A stretch of DNA of 64,000 bases from Blastocladiella emersonii ATCC 22665 (Eukaryota; Fungi; Blastocladiomycota). Of the stretch, positions 9,195-21,401 are shown piece after piece. The position numbers and the translations under genes are program-made. The stretch lies in contig JANHCV010000009.1 of the NCBI GenBank assembly GCA_025594325.1, forward strand, positions 62,001-126,000. Direction: 5' to 3'. The stretch's first letter is position 1. Every line of letters starts with the position of its first letter. The notes beneath the pieces were generated by a model. That model did no database searches and was not told the DNA's origin. It saw only the letters and a list, made by a program, of their open reading frames with translations.

Positions 9195-12100
9195 ATGGAT
9201 TCAACTGCACTCGGCCTGCCCGCCGACGACGGCGCCGCGCTCGAGGCCTTCCCGCCCGCCGCCGCCGTGTGGGCCTCATCATCGGCCTCGCCATCACCCT
9301 TGCCCACCACGCCCTCGGGCTTCGCGCCGTCCAGCGGCGAGAGCGACGACGACGACGATGCGCCAACGGACCTCGCGGACCTCGGCTCGCCCGCCACGAC
9401 GCCGCGCACCCGCTCGCTGTCCATGCTGTCGTCAGCGACCCCCGCCACCGCCGACGCCCTTGCCGGCGACCTCGGCGACCGGTCCGCGCTGCACCCGCCG
9501 CTCGGTCCCGGCGAGGCGCCGGCGGACCCGGGCGCGTACCTGGCGCCGTCGCAGCGGTACCCGGTCGCGGGCCTGGTGCACGCCGCCGTGCAGGACGGCT
9601 ACGACGTGTTCGACGCCGCCGGGTACAAGTCGGTGCACGTCGCGCTGCAGGCGTACGGCGGCTGGGCCCACAAGCTCGCGACGCGCATCGACGCGCGCCT
9701 CGGCGTCTCGCCCGACGAGCGAACCACGCTGTCGCGCCTCGCACGCCACGGCATCACGCCCATGGATCTCGCGGCGGGGCTCGTACCGCCGCCCGTCCTC
9801 GACCGGTGGCGGCTCGACCGCAAGCGCGAGCAGGAGGAGGCGCTGCGCCGCGTCGAGGAGGAGGAGCGACGCCGGGTGCGCGAGGCGGCGGCTGCGGCGG
9901 CTGCCGCCAAGAAGCGCGCGGCCGCAAAGTCCAAGAAGCGCGTGAAACGCGCCGCGGGCGACGCGTCCGAGACCGCGACGGGTGCGGGCGCCGGCGACGC
10001 GCTCGATAGCGACGACGACGGCGACGTGCCGCTCCCCGACTACGCCGCGCTGCCCGGCGACGCCTACTTCCCCGACCAGGAAGCGCTGCCCAACCTCGAG
10101 CTCGAGGCGCCCGGAGAAGACGATGACGACGAGGTAGACGTGCGCGACGCGAGTGGCCGGCCGAGCACCGAGGACGACACTGCCTCGGCCGCCGCGCGGT
10201 CGTCGCAGTCGGCCTCGCCCAACCCGTGGACCGGCTCCCCCGTCCCCCGACCCGGCCGAGCCGCGCAATCGCCGTCGCCCTCGCTCGCGCGCGTCCAGCG
10301 CGGCCAGTCGCCGATGCGCGGCCGCGCCATGTCCGCGTCCAACGTGTCGCAGAAATCCGGCACCACCACCACCTCGTCTTCGTCGCCTTCCACCTCCAAA
10401 TCGCCCGCGCGCGGCCGGTCGCATAGCACCTCCGAGATCCCGACCTCGGCCGCCGCTGAGCCCGCCTTCGTGGGCCCGCCGCTCGTCTTCAACCGCGACG
10501 ACGTGCGGCACGCCGTGCTCGCCGACCTGTTCCTCGCCGCGGTGCACGACGGGCGGTACGATGCGCGGTCGCGCGTCGTCCTCAAGCGCGTCGCCGCGTG
10601 GCTTCTGCTGCAGCCCGATACGGACGCGCACGTCGCGGCCGTCGAGTTTGCCATGATCCCGCACACGGGCTTCTTCCGCGCGCTGCCGTCCGCCGCCGAC
10701 CGCGACTTTTCGCGCGACAAGACGGCGCGCAGCCGGCGCGACCGCGGGAAGCGCATGGTCGCTATGGCGGCGGCGGCCGTTGGTGGCGGGCTCGTGCTCG
10801 GGTTGTCGGCGGGGCTCGCGGCGCCGCTCATTGGCGCGGGGCTCGGTGCCGCGTTCACGGGCGTCGGGCTCACGGGTACCACGGCGTTCCTTAGCGGGAC
10901 CGGCGGCATGACGCTCATCACGACGGGGGCAGCTCTGACTGGATCGAGTACGTTTGACCGCGGCGCGCGATGTGAACTTGAACTCACCTCCATCCCGCGC
11001 ACACGTAGACGTCGCACGGACCAAGATGGGCAAGCGCATGGGCGGCGTCAACGAGTTCGGCTTCTACCCGGTCGCCGTGACGCAGCGCATGAACGTGGTG
11101 GTCTCGATTGGCGGGTGGCTGGCCAAGACGGACGAGCAGGCGTCGGATCTGAGTCTGCCGTTCTCGGTGCTCGAGGCGGTCGAAGGCGACCACTTTTCGG
11201 TGATCTGGGAGCCCGAGATGCTGCGCGAGCTCGGGTCGGCGCTCAAGATGATCGCGGGCGAGGTGATCAGCACGGCGGTGCAGCAGGCGCTCATGGTGAC
11301 GATGCTGCACTCGCTGCTGGCGGCGCTGGCGTGGCCGCTGGCGCTGCTCAAGATCGGGTACCTGATCGACAACCCGTGGCAGAACGCCCTGGCGCGGGCG
11401 AAGCGCGCGGGCCAGCTGCTGGCGGACCTGCTGATCCAGCACGTCCAGGAGGGCCGGCCCGTGACGCTGGTCGCGTACTCGCTCGGTGCGCGCGTGCTGC
11501 TGTACTGCCTGCTCGAGCTGGCCGAGAACAAGGCGTACGGGCTGGTCGAGGACGTGTTCATGTTCGGGTGCCCCGCGACGCCGTCGGCCGAGCAGTGGCG
11601 GCTCGCGCGCAGCGTGGTGGCGGGCCGGTTCGTCAACGGGTACGTGAGCAACGACTGGATCCTCGGGTTCCTGTTCCGCGCGTCGTCGGTGGCGTGGTCG
11701 GTCGCCGGCCTGGCACCCGCGCGCGCACCGCGCATCGAGGACGTGGACCTGACGGGTTTAGTCAATGGACACCTGTCGTACCGCGTCACGATGCCGCGGA
11801 TTCTCAAGCAGGTCGGGCTGAGCGTGTCGACGGACGACCCCGAGTTCCTGGTGAACCGCGACCGCGAGGCCGAGCACCGCATCGACGAGCAGGCGCGCAT
11901 CGCCAAGGAGCGCGACGCGGCCGAGCGCGACGCGCGCCGGCGCACGGGCAAGCGCGACGTGCTGTCGCACCTGCGCGATACGGAGCAGGGCGCCACGTCC
12001 GACTCGCTGTCGGTCATGTCGCGCGTCAAGCACGAGACGGCGGACCTGCTGGGCGGCAGCACCGAGTCGCTCCCGCCATCGTCGTCGTCGGTCGCCGCTT

Positions 12101-12363
12101 TCCCAGCACCTGAGCCAGGCCACGATCGGCTCGACGAGGACGAGTCGGTGGTCCCACCACCCATCCCGCCATCACCGTGGAGCGAGTCCAACGCTGCTGC
12201 TGCGCCGCCCTCGCCACCAGCACCGCCCACCCCACCGCCCAAGGAACCAGCACCCGTGTTCGACGCGGGCGACGAGGCCAACCCGTGGGCGAGCGCCGGC
12301 GCGCTGCCCTCGCCATCGCCGACGGTGCCGTCCCCGCCGCAGCCGTCGTACCGGCGCTTCTGA
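9195..12363 (+). CDS. DUF726/TMCO4 (Mil1-like) alpha/beta-hydrolase-fold membrane protein; exons 9195-10947, 11009-12363
   Basis: YDARSRVVL, the Gly-rich segment AAAVGGGLVLGLSAGLAAPLIG, WEPEMLRELG, RPVTLVAYSLGARV and RFVNGYVSNDWIL are typical of DUF726. An intron GTACGT(10948)...TAG(11008) joins the two ORFs in frame. Confidence 0.85.
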
Positions 12364-12908
12364 TTAATAAATGATGCATGAGACGCGCGACGCGTCCCTC
12401 ACAGGAGCCACCACGGGCGGCGCACGCAGGAGGCGCAGGAGCGGCTGCGTCATGATGCACGCGCGCAAATGGCAGGGATCCCCTCCCGAACACGTTCCGC
12501 CCACAATGTCTCCCATGTCTCGCGCTGACGAAGCAAGCGATTGGCAGGTCGGGGAAGCGTGAAGCGCTGGCCAATGAGCGCGCGCGGCGTGGGTGTCGCT
12601 CGGGGGGTCGCTCCGATCACCGTGCACGTGACCCTCCGCTGCGTTCTGGCGTCGCGAACCCTGTTGCGAACCCGCGCGAGCTTATCGTTCGCCTCAGCGT
12701 TCGCCTCGCCACCGTTGCGGCCGTCGCCACCGCACAGCGCTACTTAAACGCCGGCCGCCCCGCCTCCCCTCTCTCTGATCAGGTTCAACGAAGTCCTCTG
12801 CCCTTCGCTCGCCCACTTGCTCCCTTGCACTCGTTGCTCGCCTGCTGCCTTGCGCACTCTCCTCCTGATCCGCCGCCACCCGACCTTGCTCGACTCCGAT
12901 CCGCCACC

Positions 12909-14227
12909 ATGAAGACCACCGCCCTGATCGCCGCCATCGCCGTTGCCTCGACCGCCGTCGCCTCGGTCGACGCCGCCGCCCAGCCCGCCTTCTCGGGCCG
13001 CGTGTCGCACTCGTCGGTCCTCGCCCCCTCGACGCTCGTCCGCCGCGACCGCACCACCCACTACTCGGTACGCCTCCCCTCGCCTACCGTCGGTGATCCG
13101 ATCCGATCCGGTCCGATCGCTCACACTCTCTTTGTCCCACATAGCCCGGAGTCGGCCTCGGCGCCTGCGGCAAGCAGAACTCGGACTCGGAGATGGTCGT
13201 TGCCCTCAACCGCGCCCAGTTCGACACCATGACGCCCAACGGCAACCCCAACAAGAACGCCTACTGCAACTCGTGCGTGCAGCTGTCCAACGGCGCCAAG
13301 ACGGCCATGGCCCAGATCGTCGACTCGTGCCCCGGCTGCCCCTCGGGCGGCCTCGACGTCTCGCCCTCGCTCTTCCAGGTCTTTGCCGACCTCGGCGTCG
13401 GCGTCCTCGACCTGCAGTGGCGCTTCGCCCCCTGCGGCGGTGCCGCTGTCGCTGAGACGGCTGCCGTGACCGTCGCTGCTGCTGCCCCCGCTGTCGACAC
13501 CAACGCCCAGGCCGAGGCCGCTGCCCAGGCCAAGGCTGCCGCTGACCGTGCCGCCAAGGCCAAGGCCGACGAGGAGCGTGCGGCCCAGGAGAAGGCTGCC
13601 GCTGAGCGTGCTGCTCAAGCCAAGTCCGACGAGGAGCGTGCGGCCCAGGAGAAGGCTGCCGCCGAGCGCGCTGCTCAGGCCAAGGCCGACGAGGAGCGTG
13701 CTGCCCAGGCCAAGTCCGACGAGGAGCGTGCAGCCCAGGAGCGTGCCGCCGCCGCCAAGGCCGACGAGGAGCGCAACGCGCAGGCCAAGGCCGACGCCGA
13801 GAACCAGGCCCGCAAGGAGGCCGAGGAGGCTGCCGCCCGCGCCGCTGCTGCCCGCTCCAACGAGCCCGTGTCGACGCCCTCGCCCACGCCCTCGCCCGTC
13901 GACGACGTGACCGTGCTCGGTACCCCCGTCTTCGACAACGGTGTCGTTGCCACCGCCACCACGGCCGCGACCGCGACCGCTACCTCGACGGCCATCCCCT
14001 CGATCGACAACTGGCGCTCGCACGGCGCCGAGGGCTGGTACCGCCACCGCGTCGCCGAGGACATGAGCCTCCCCGCCAAGGCCGACGACGAGACCATCAC
14101 CACCGCGTCCAACGACGACGTCGAGAAGGCCGCCGCCGAGCACAAGGCCGCCTACAACGAGCGCGTCAAGTACATGGAGGCCCTGTTCCGGATGATCTTC
14201 CAGCGCCTCGCCGGCAAGTCCGAGTAA
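12909..14227 (+). CDS. Secreted RlpA-like double-psi beta-barrel (DPBB, expansin/loosenin-like) protein A with a charged helical stalk and a C-terminal extension; exons 12909-13067, 13145-14227
   Basis: Signal peptide, then THYS/PGVGLGACG...MVVALN...IVDSCPGCPSGGLDVSPSLF...LQW, then AKADEERAAQEKAAAERAAQ repeats. Confidence 0.85.
13560..13800 (+). repeat. Coding 60-bp/20-aa repeat (AK[AS]DEERAAQEKAAAERAAQ) with shorter derivatives
   Basis: Visible in both DNA (CCGACGAGGAGCG recurring) and translation. Confidence 0.8.
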
Positions 14228-16000
14228 GGTCCTCGAGCTCGGTCATCCGCCACCCCACCACCTCCACCACCACCACCACCGTGTCCGCGCGCGTGCTCGT
14301 CGGCTTCTTCCCTCGGGTACGCGCTGCTCCTCGCCCATCGATCTGGTCTCGGTCGACCCGCGCGGGCGTGCTGCCGCTGTTCCAGTGGCGCCCGTCCGTC
14401 GCAGGCTCACCCGGGTCTACGGCGACGCGGTGCGGTGCGGCGGGCCCCCCAAGCTCGCCTCTCCCTCCCACCCCCCTCCCGGATCAAGACTTTTTCGCTG
14501 TTTTTTCTGTCCCACCTTTTTGTTTGCTCGCCCTCTCTCCCTCCCCTTGATCCGGGCCCGTTCACCAGCGGGTGCGTCGGCGCTTTCGACCGACGCGCCT
14601 GTTCCATGGCCGCTCTGGTATGGACGTGCTGGTGGCGCCTCGCAGCATCTCGTCACACTCGCGTGTCTCTCGTGGACTCAACCGTGGCGCTGTGCACCAA
14701 ACCTCGGCGACTTTCGTAGTCGTCGTTGCTTGGGCGGGGTCCTTCCTCCACTTCTCTCCTCTCCTCTCCCTCGTGTGCTGTCTGTCCGTCTTTTTACCCC
14801 CCACTCTGTCTGTCCTGTCGTGCTCCCCATACATTTTGAAATCGTTTCTGTGCCATCTTTGTCCCTTGTGCGTCGTCGATCGGTGAGCGAGCGTAGTGGC
14901 GCAGCGGGATCAGTAAGCCGATCACACGCACGTGATCCGTTGCTGGGTGGCTTTGAGCTGAGCTTTTCGCGATGGCTCGCTCCTAAGCAGTTCTCTCTCC
15001 CCCAGACTATCGCCATTGATGCTCAGGGAATACGTGATGTCACTTAAAGACCTTGACAGATAAACGGGAGCACACAGCTGTCCGTGTGCGACCGTCCGTG
15101 CGCGGCCATCCGTGCAGCGACGGCTCACCCGCGCTGCCCTCTTGACCACGCGACGAATTGGCCCAGGTGACGCTTGCCCTTCGTCGACGCCCACGATTAC
15201 GTTGATATTTGTCCGCGTCGCGTCGCGACGAGAAGCGTCCGTTCGTGCTCCGGGCCGCCGGCCCTCGTGAGTATGACCCGTTGATGGACGCGGTGCGGCG
15301 GCCAGCGTTAGGCGCGGGCGGCGAGGGCTCATCTTCAGCAACACGCGATGCTTGAGGAGCCGCGCACGTCGAGACTGGCGCGCAGTCAAGTACCGCGTCG
15401 CGGCCATGGCGCGTTCTTCACCGCACGCTTCTTGCTGGCTCATCCCGCCTTGGTTGAGGACAGTGGACTGCACGCAACCGAGAGAGGCATCACTGCTGCC
15501 GCGCTTAAGCTCACCCATGAGGCCGACTTGCACGGCTGCGCAGCCGAGCATGCTCGGAGGACAGTCGCGACGTGACGCAAAGGGCTTGTCCCAGCACCGC
15601 GCACTTGAGTGCAGCTCGCGTCCTTGTGACCGCGACGCGATTCTCATGCCAGGCCTCCTCGCGGCCCTTCTCACGCGACAGAGCACACGAGGATCGTGGT
15701 GAAGCAAGGGTGGTCACAGCGCGTCACCCTTGCGACCACGAGCGGGCGGAAAAGCCGACGCGGTGTTCATGTCAGGGTCAGCGGCGCAAGCACCCTCCAC
15801 CTTCCCCTTGCGATGCAGTCGTTTCAGATCCGAGATTCGATGGCCCCGCGTGGCACCAATCAAGCACTGTGGCCGGCCGACCTGCCCGACCTACCCGACT
15901 TGGGCAGAGTGGCGGAATCCGTGCGGTCGCCGTTTCCCAGCCGCGGCGTTGCAAGAGCAGAACAAGGAGAAGGCGCGCCTCGCGGGCTGGAGGACCGACC

Positions 16001-16007
16001 TATAAAG
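16001..16007 (+). promoter_or_regulatory. Candidate TATA box (TATAAAG) upstream of DPBB gene B
   Basis: Consensus TATAAA 74 nt upstream of ATG 16075, followed by a pyrimidine tract. Confidence 0.5.
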
Positions 16008-16074
16008 CTGATCGCGGCCTTCTAGCACTCTTCTCTTCTCTTTCTCCGCGTCAACACATGATACTAGACTCGCA

Positions 16075-17074
16075 ATGATGCACTCGACGATGCTGCTCTC
16101 GCCCCTAGCGCTCCTCGCGGCCGCGATCGCGCTGCTCGCCTCCACCTCGGTCGAGGCGCTGCCGCGCTCCACCGAGTTCTTCCACGGCTACGCGCGCGGC
16201 GGCTTCACCCCGCGCGTCACCGAGGCCAAGGGCATGGTCCGCCGCGATATCACGGGCCGCGCGACCTGGTACGACGTACGTAGTCGACGGTGTGCCGCTC
16301 GATCCGCCAGGAGTGGCGCTCACACGCGCTCGATCGCGCGCAGGTCGGCGTCGGCCTCGGCTCGTGCCTGTGGTACAACACCAACGAGGAGGACGTGGTC
16401 GCGCTCGCGCCCAACCACTACTCCAAGGACAAGTGCGGGAAGTGTACGTGTGGCCCTCTTTGCACGAATTGGGGTGAATTGGTCGCTGATCTGACCGCGC
16501 CGACGCCTCCGACCACCTCCCACCCCTTCCCCACTCCCAAAATTAAGGCGTTATCATGACGAACGGCAAGGTTACGCATACGGCTACTGTGGTTGACTGG
16601 TGCGGCGACTTTAATCGTTTCCATCCCGATGGCGAGCCGTACTGCCCCGACGACATGCTCGACCTGTCGCCCTCGCTCTACGCCAAGTTCGAAGACCTCT
16701 CGACCGGCAAGTTCCAGATCTCCTAGAAGTTCTGCGACGAGACCGAGGCCGCCCGCTCGGCCGGCGTCACGCCCACGGCCAACAGCGCCGCCGAGAGCGC
16801 CGCTTCGCGCTCGGCCGCCGCCGCGGCCGTTCCGGTCCCCGCTGCTCCCGCCGCTGCAGCCCCGGCCTCGACCACCACGACGCGCGCCGCTGCCGCCGCC
16901 ACGCCCACGGGCACGCGCCGCTGGCGCAACCGCAACCGCAACCGCTCGCAGGTCGACGGCGTGTCCGCCGCCACCACGACCGGCGACGCGACCAGCGGCG
17001 CCTCGTCCATCAACTACCTCGGCGGCCTCATGGACTCGATCGTCGACGAGCTCGCGACGGGCAAGAAGCAGTAA
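16075..17074 (+). pseudogene. RlpA-like DPBB gene B with an in-frame TAG (16724-16726) at the conserved Trp; exons 16075-16275, 16344-16443, 16548-17074
   Basis: The spliced frame reads ATWYD/VGVGLGSCLWYNTNEEDVVALAP...KCGKC/VIMTNGKVTHTATVVDWC...MLDLSPSLYAKF...KFQIS*KFCD and continues with coding-like codons to TAA at 17072-17074. It could instead be a readthrough allele or a sequencing error. Confidence 0.7.
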
Positions 17075-17772
17075 ACGTGCACGCGCACCACGTTCATTTG
17101 TCCCACCACCCCCACCCCGCCACCCACACCCACTCGTCCACTTCTTCAATTGCACGTTTGCATGTCTCCCACGCCCTCATTCTCGCGTTCCTTTCTCTTC
17201 TCGGCTCGGATCGGTGCACTCGGTGGGCTGGGCTATGGCGGCCGGCTCCCGGTGGCCGCCGTGTCGCGGTGCCGCTGCTCGCCGTGGCCGTGGTCGATGG
17301 CCAGGCCACCGCGTCCAAGGCCACGCGTGGCCGTGATGAGTTTCGAGTCGAGGCCGGTTTGATTTCCCGAATATACCGCGTTTGCTGTGTGAACCTCCAC
17401 GTCCCGATGAGCGACGCGCTCGTCAGAGCCGACGATCGATGATCCGTCCACCGAAGGGACCCTCCTCCTCCCACGGCGATGATGATGACGGATGATTGGC
17501 CAGCGCCAAGACCGATGACGGCGGACGCGTCATGTTGCGCACACGAGAACGGTCGGCAGCGTTGTCCGACAGCTCGCGCGCGAGGAGGAAGGTTGTCGGG
17601 TCGGATCCTGGGCGCGATTCCTTTGTCTTTGGAGGGCCGCTTCGGGAAAGGAACAGGAAGCTTGTGCACCGTGCCGACCCATAAAGCGCGCGGGAGGTGG
17701 CGGGCAGAGTCGCTTCTCTCTCTCGATCATCGAACACCGACAACTGTAGATCGCATACCCACCCACGACACG

Positions 17773-18354
17773 ATGCGCTCGATTGCCGCTCTCGCCCTCG
17801 TCATCGCAGCGCTCGTCGCCGTGGCGGCCGCGCTGCCCAAGCAGACCGCCTTCAGCCCCATGTCGCTCACGCCCGGGTTCACGCCGGCGGCCAAGCTCAC
17901 GGCGCGTGGTTCGCGGGCCACCTTCTATGACGTACGTCGCACACACACTCCGCCGCTTCAACCACGTCGCTCACACACGACACCGATCGGCGCGCGCGTG
18001 TAGACGCAGGTCGGGCGCGGGTCGTGCGGGTGGTTCAACATGAACGACCAGCACGTGGTGGCCATGAACGCGGCGCAGTACTCGCCCGAGCTGTGCGGCC
18101 GGTGCATCGTCGTGTCGTCGGACGACGACTGCGTCCGCGTCAACGCCGAGATCGTCGACCTGTGCCCGGGCTGCCCGATGGGCGGCCTCGACACCACCCC
18201 CGGCCTGTTCCAGCAGTTTGCGCCGCTCGACAAGGGCGTGCTGTCGCTCAAGTGGGCCTTCTGCGAGGACGCGCCCGCCCCGCCCGCTGACCTGTCGCAC
18301 TGCAACGGCGGCGGCAGCTCGGGCAACGAGTGGGAGGGCGAGTGGGAGAAGTAA
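17773..18354 (+). CDS. Secreted RlpA-like DPBB protein C; exons 17773-17931, 18004-18354
   Basis: Signal peptide; RATFYD/TQVGRGSCG...VVAMNAAQY...IVDLCPGCPMGGLDTTPGLF...LKWAFC. Confidence 0.85.
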
Positions 18355-19101
18355 GCCCGTCCCGCCGATCCCATGTGGTGCAGTCGCCGAGGCCACCGAC
18401 TCCCACGCTACGGCCTGTCGCTTGGGCCCGCGATGAGGTCAAGTCGGCCACGGCCGCGACGCCGGCGCCCTCACGGTCCTCGGGCGGTCGCGTCGTGACG
18501 AGGGCATGGATCCTCGCACGTCAGCCCACGGACTGAGTGCATGTCCGTTGTGTTACATTTTGCGCGTTGTTGTGTTGCATAATTTTGCTCAATGCATGTG
18601 GTTTCATGTGTACTGCATCGAAACTTAAGTCTGAGTTGGAGCGAGAGAACGTGAGCGAGCACCGCGATGAGTGGGTGACGCGTCGCGCGACGCATTGCAC
18701 ATGCCACGCACACGACGAAGACCGATCCAACGTGACAAATGAATGATGTGATTGAATGAATGGTAGGACAAACTATGCAATGAGAACACATTCCGACCGT
18801 CGCGGCTCGAGCCGCTCGGCCAACCCGAAGACGCCCGAGGCGCCAACTGGGCCGGCCGGCCGTCGAGTCGCGACACGCGCGTCATGCGATGATGTGCGAG
18901 ATCTCGCCCGCGCCGCGCGGCCGAGGTACACGCCGTCGTAGCGACCGAGTCCTCGAGACCGCATTGGGCGAGCGAGTGGATGCGCGAGGTGTGCGAGTGA
19001 GGAGGTACACGGCGCCAGCGCCGATGCACTTCTTGATGAGCGAAACCGCCGTCGGACCATGGCCAGCCACGGGCGACGCGGGCGCCGTCGTCTTGAACTG
19101 C

Positions 19102-19760
19102 TTACTTGGCGCAGTGCGAGAGGTCCTTGGGCGCGGGCGGCGCCGAGTCGCAGTACGCCCACTTGAGCGAGATGACGCCGACGTCAAGCGACGCAAACTG
19201 CTGGAACAGGCCGGGCACCACGTCGACGCCGCCCGACGGGCAACCGGGGCACCGGTCCACGATCGTCGCCTCGTGCCGCACGCAGTTGTCGTCCGTCGTC
19301 AGCACGATGCACCGCCCGCAGTCCGACTGCTTGTACTGCGCCGAGTTCATGGCCACAACCGCCTGCGTGTTCTTGGACTGCAGCCCGCATGAGCCGAGAC
19401 CGACTTCGGTCTACACACGCGTGAGCGGGATGGGCGGGTGAGACGGCGTTCAAGGAGAGCGGGCGGACGGCGGCGGCGAGTGATCGCCCGCGTGATGACG
19501 CAGGGCGACGCGTCGCGGGCGTCGGTGCACGAGCGCGAAGGAAGACGTACGTCGTAGTAGGTCGCACGCGCGCCGCGCGCGGCCAGCTTGGATGCGGACT
19601 CGGCCGCGCGGTGGGCAACCTCGGCCGCGGGCGTGTAGCCGAAGCCGGGGCGCACCGTCGCCGTCGTGTACACGTTGGCCTTGGGGAGCGCCGACGTCGA
19701 CGTGACGAGGAGGGCAGCCGCGATGAGGGCGAGGGAGAGGACGGCGGTGATGGAGCGCAT
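19102..19760 (-). CDS. Secreted RlpA-like DPBB protein D; exons 19760-19551, 19410-19102
   Basis: Signal peptide; RATYYD/TEVGLGSCG...VVAMNSAQY...IVDRCPGCPSGGVDVVPGLF...LKWAYC; close paralog of C. Confidence 0.85.
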
Positions 19761-19905
19761 TGTGGAATGTGTGTGTGAGAGGGAAGAAGGGTTATCTAGT
19801 CGCTGCAGGGAGATGGCGACGAGGGAGGGAGCAAGGTGATGCGTGTGTGTGTTGATGCGTTTGGTAAAGTGAGAGAGCGGGGGGCTCGAGCGACCCGGTC
19901 CGCCC

Positions 19906-19912
19906 ATTTATA
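19906..19912 (-). promoter_or_regulatory. Candidate TATA box (TATAAAT) upstream of DPBB gene D
   Basis: Consensus TATAAA on the minus strand about 146 nt upstream of ATG 19760. Confidence 0.4.
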
Positions 19913-20055
19913 CCGCGAGGGCCTGCCTGCCTCCTTGCTGGCGGGCATGGTGAGCGGTGAGGTGAGCGACTCTGACGCGGCGCGGGTCACGCCGCTGGGA
20001 ACGCAGTCGCCCGGCCGGGTGGGAGACGCGTTGATCACTTTCCTCCGGTGGCCGT

Positions 20056-20924
20056 GTGGCGCAACGCGTCGTACCGGCCGCGCGGTCCGAGGTCGCCCCC
20101 TGTCGCACGTCCAACTACGCCAAGTATGTGCGCGACAACCTCGAGGGCTACCAGGTCGAGGCGCTCAACCAGGTCAACGCCTGTACGTCATGCTCTCGCT
20201 TGCCGCGACCGCGATCCGCCACCGTGATCCCGCCGCCGTGATCATGCGCTGATCCCGTCGTCAATCCCGATCCGCTTCTAGGGCGCGCGACGCAGGGCTC
20301 CGGCGCCGTGTGCCTCAACGCCATGCTCAACGAGGCCGCGCAGGTGCAGGCCGACGACATGGCGCGCCACAGCCGCCTCGAGCATACGGGCACCGACGGC
20401 CGCGACCCCTTCCAGCGCATCCGCGCCGCGGGCTACGAACACGGCGCCGCCTCTGGTACGCACTGCTATCGCTAGCTGCTGCCGATCGTGGAGCCTAACC
20501 TAACCGGTGTGTAGAGAACATTGCGTACGGCTACATCTCGGCCGGGTACGGCGGTCCGACGCCGGCCATCAACGCCTGGAAGAAGTCGGCTGGACATGCC
20601 AAGAACATGCGCTCGACCGCGGTCTCGCAGATGGGCCTTGCCTACGCTGTCGGCGCGTGCCCCAACAACCGCGCCAACCAGTGCGGTTTCTGGGCCCAGG
20701 TGTTCGCGTCCAACAACAAGGGCTACCCGTGCAGCTCGCAGGCCGACAACGACCCCAAGCCGGCGCCCGAGCCCAAGCCGGAGCCGCCAAAGCCCAAGCC
20801 GAAGGCGACCAACTCCCACGAGCAGCACTACGAGCACGCGTTGTTCGACTCGGAGACGATGGCCGGTCCATCACCCGACTCGGAAGAAGGCTCCATGGGC
20901 CGGACCACCCGCCAAGACGCGTGA
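20056..20924 (+). CDS. CAP/SCP (PR-1 superfamily, YkwD-like) domain protein; introns 20183-20281 and 20456-20514; true start unresolved
   Basis: The spliced translation EALNQVNAWRA...LNEAAQVQADDMA...LEHTGTDGRDPFQRIRAAGY...ENIAYG...AWKKSAGHAKNM...FWAQVF has all the CAP motifs. I found no ATG or signal peptide in the first visible exon. Confidence 0.8.
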
Positions 20925-21401
20925 AGCGACTCGCGCTTCGAGCCCTTCGTTAGGTGTTCGTGTGGCGCAGCGCGTGGTCACGTTGGTCACGTCTCGTCTT
21001 GGATTGAGCTTCGCGGACCCCTCCGCGGCCCGATGGCCATCACGACGGCCATCACGATCGAGGTGGGGTCCCTTGGGAGACCCGGCCGAGACACTGCCAA
21101 GACGGGTGTGTGTCGACAAAGTCCTCGATGAGGGTCCTCTTGCCGAAATCAACGACGGGGCTCACAGCGGCTCGATGTTTGAGCAACGCGACGCCCAAGC
21201 AGTCACGGCTGAAGGCGACAACGATGATTGGCCCGAGCGGCTGTCCTGCGAGCGCAACGGCGCCACACTGACGCCACCGGCCGCCCTGGCCAACTTCAAC
21301 TTCGACCTCGCACTCCGCGCTCTCTCTCCTTCGAGCCCGCAGCGAATCGACGACATCGGTGCCCCTTCGACTTACACCTGTACATCACCATACACCGCAC
21401 C

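Noticed and set aside
8856-12113. 1085-aa ORF as a single protein
   Set aside because: It reads through the 10948-11008 intron into the wrong frame. The real gene starts at ATG 9195 and switches to ORF 10954-12363.
14228-16000. A possible gene or alternative exon in the 1.8-kb gap after DPBB-A
   Set aside because: There are CT-rich tracts and short ORFs, but no frame has coding-like codon bias or a recognisable motif.
16724-16726. Genome-wide TAG codon reassignment
   Set aside because: TAG terminates several conserved genes at their expected C-termini and is absent from inside the long conserved CDSs.
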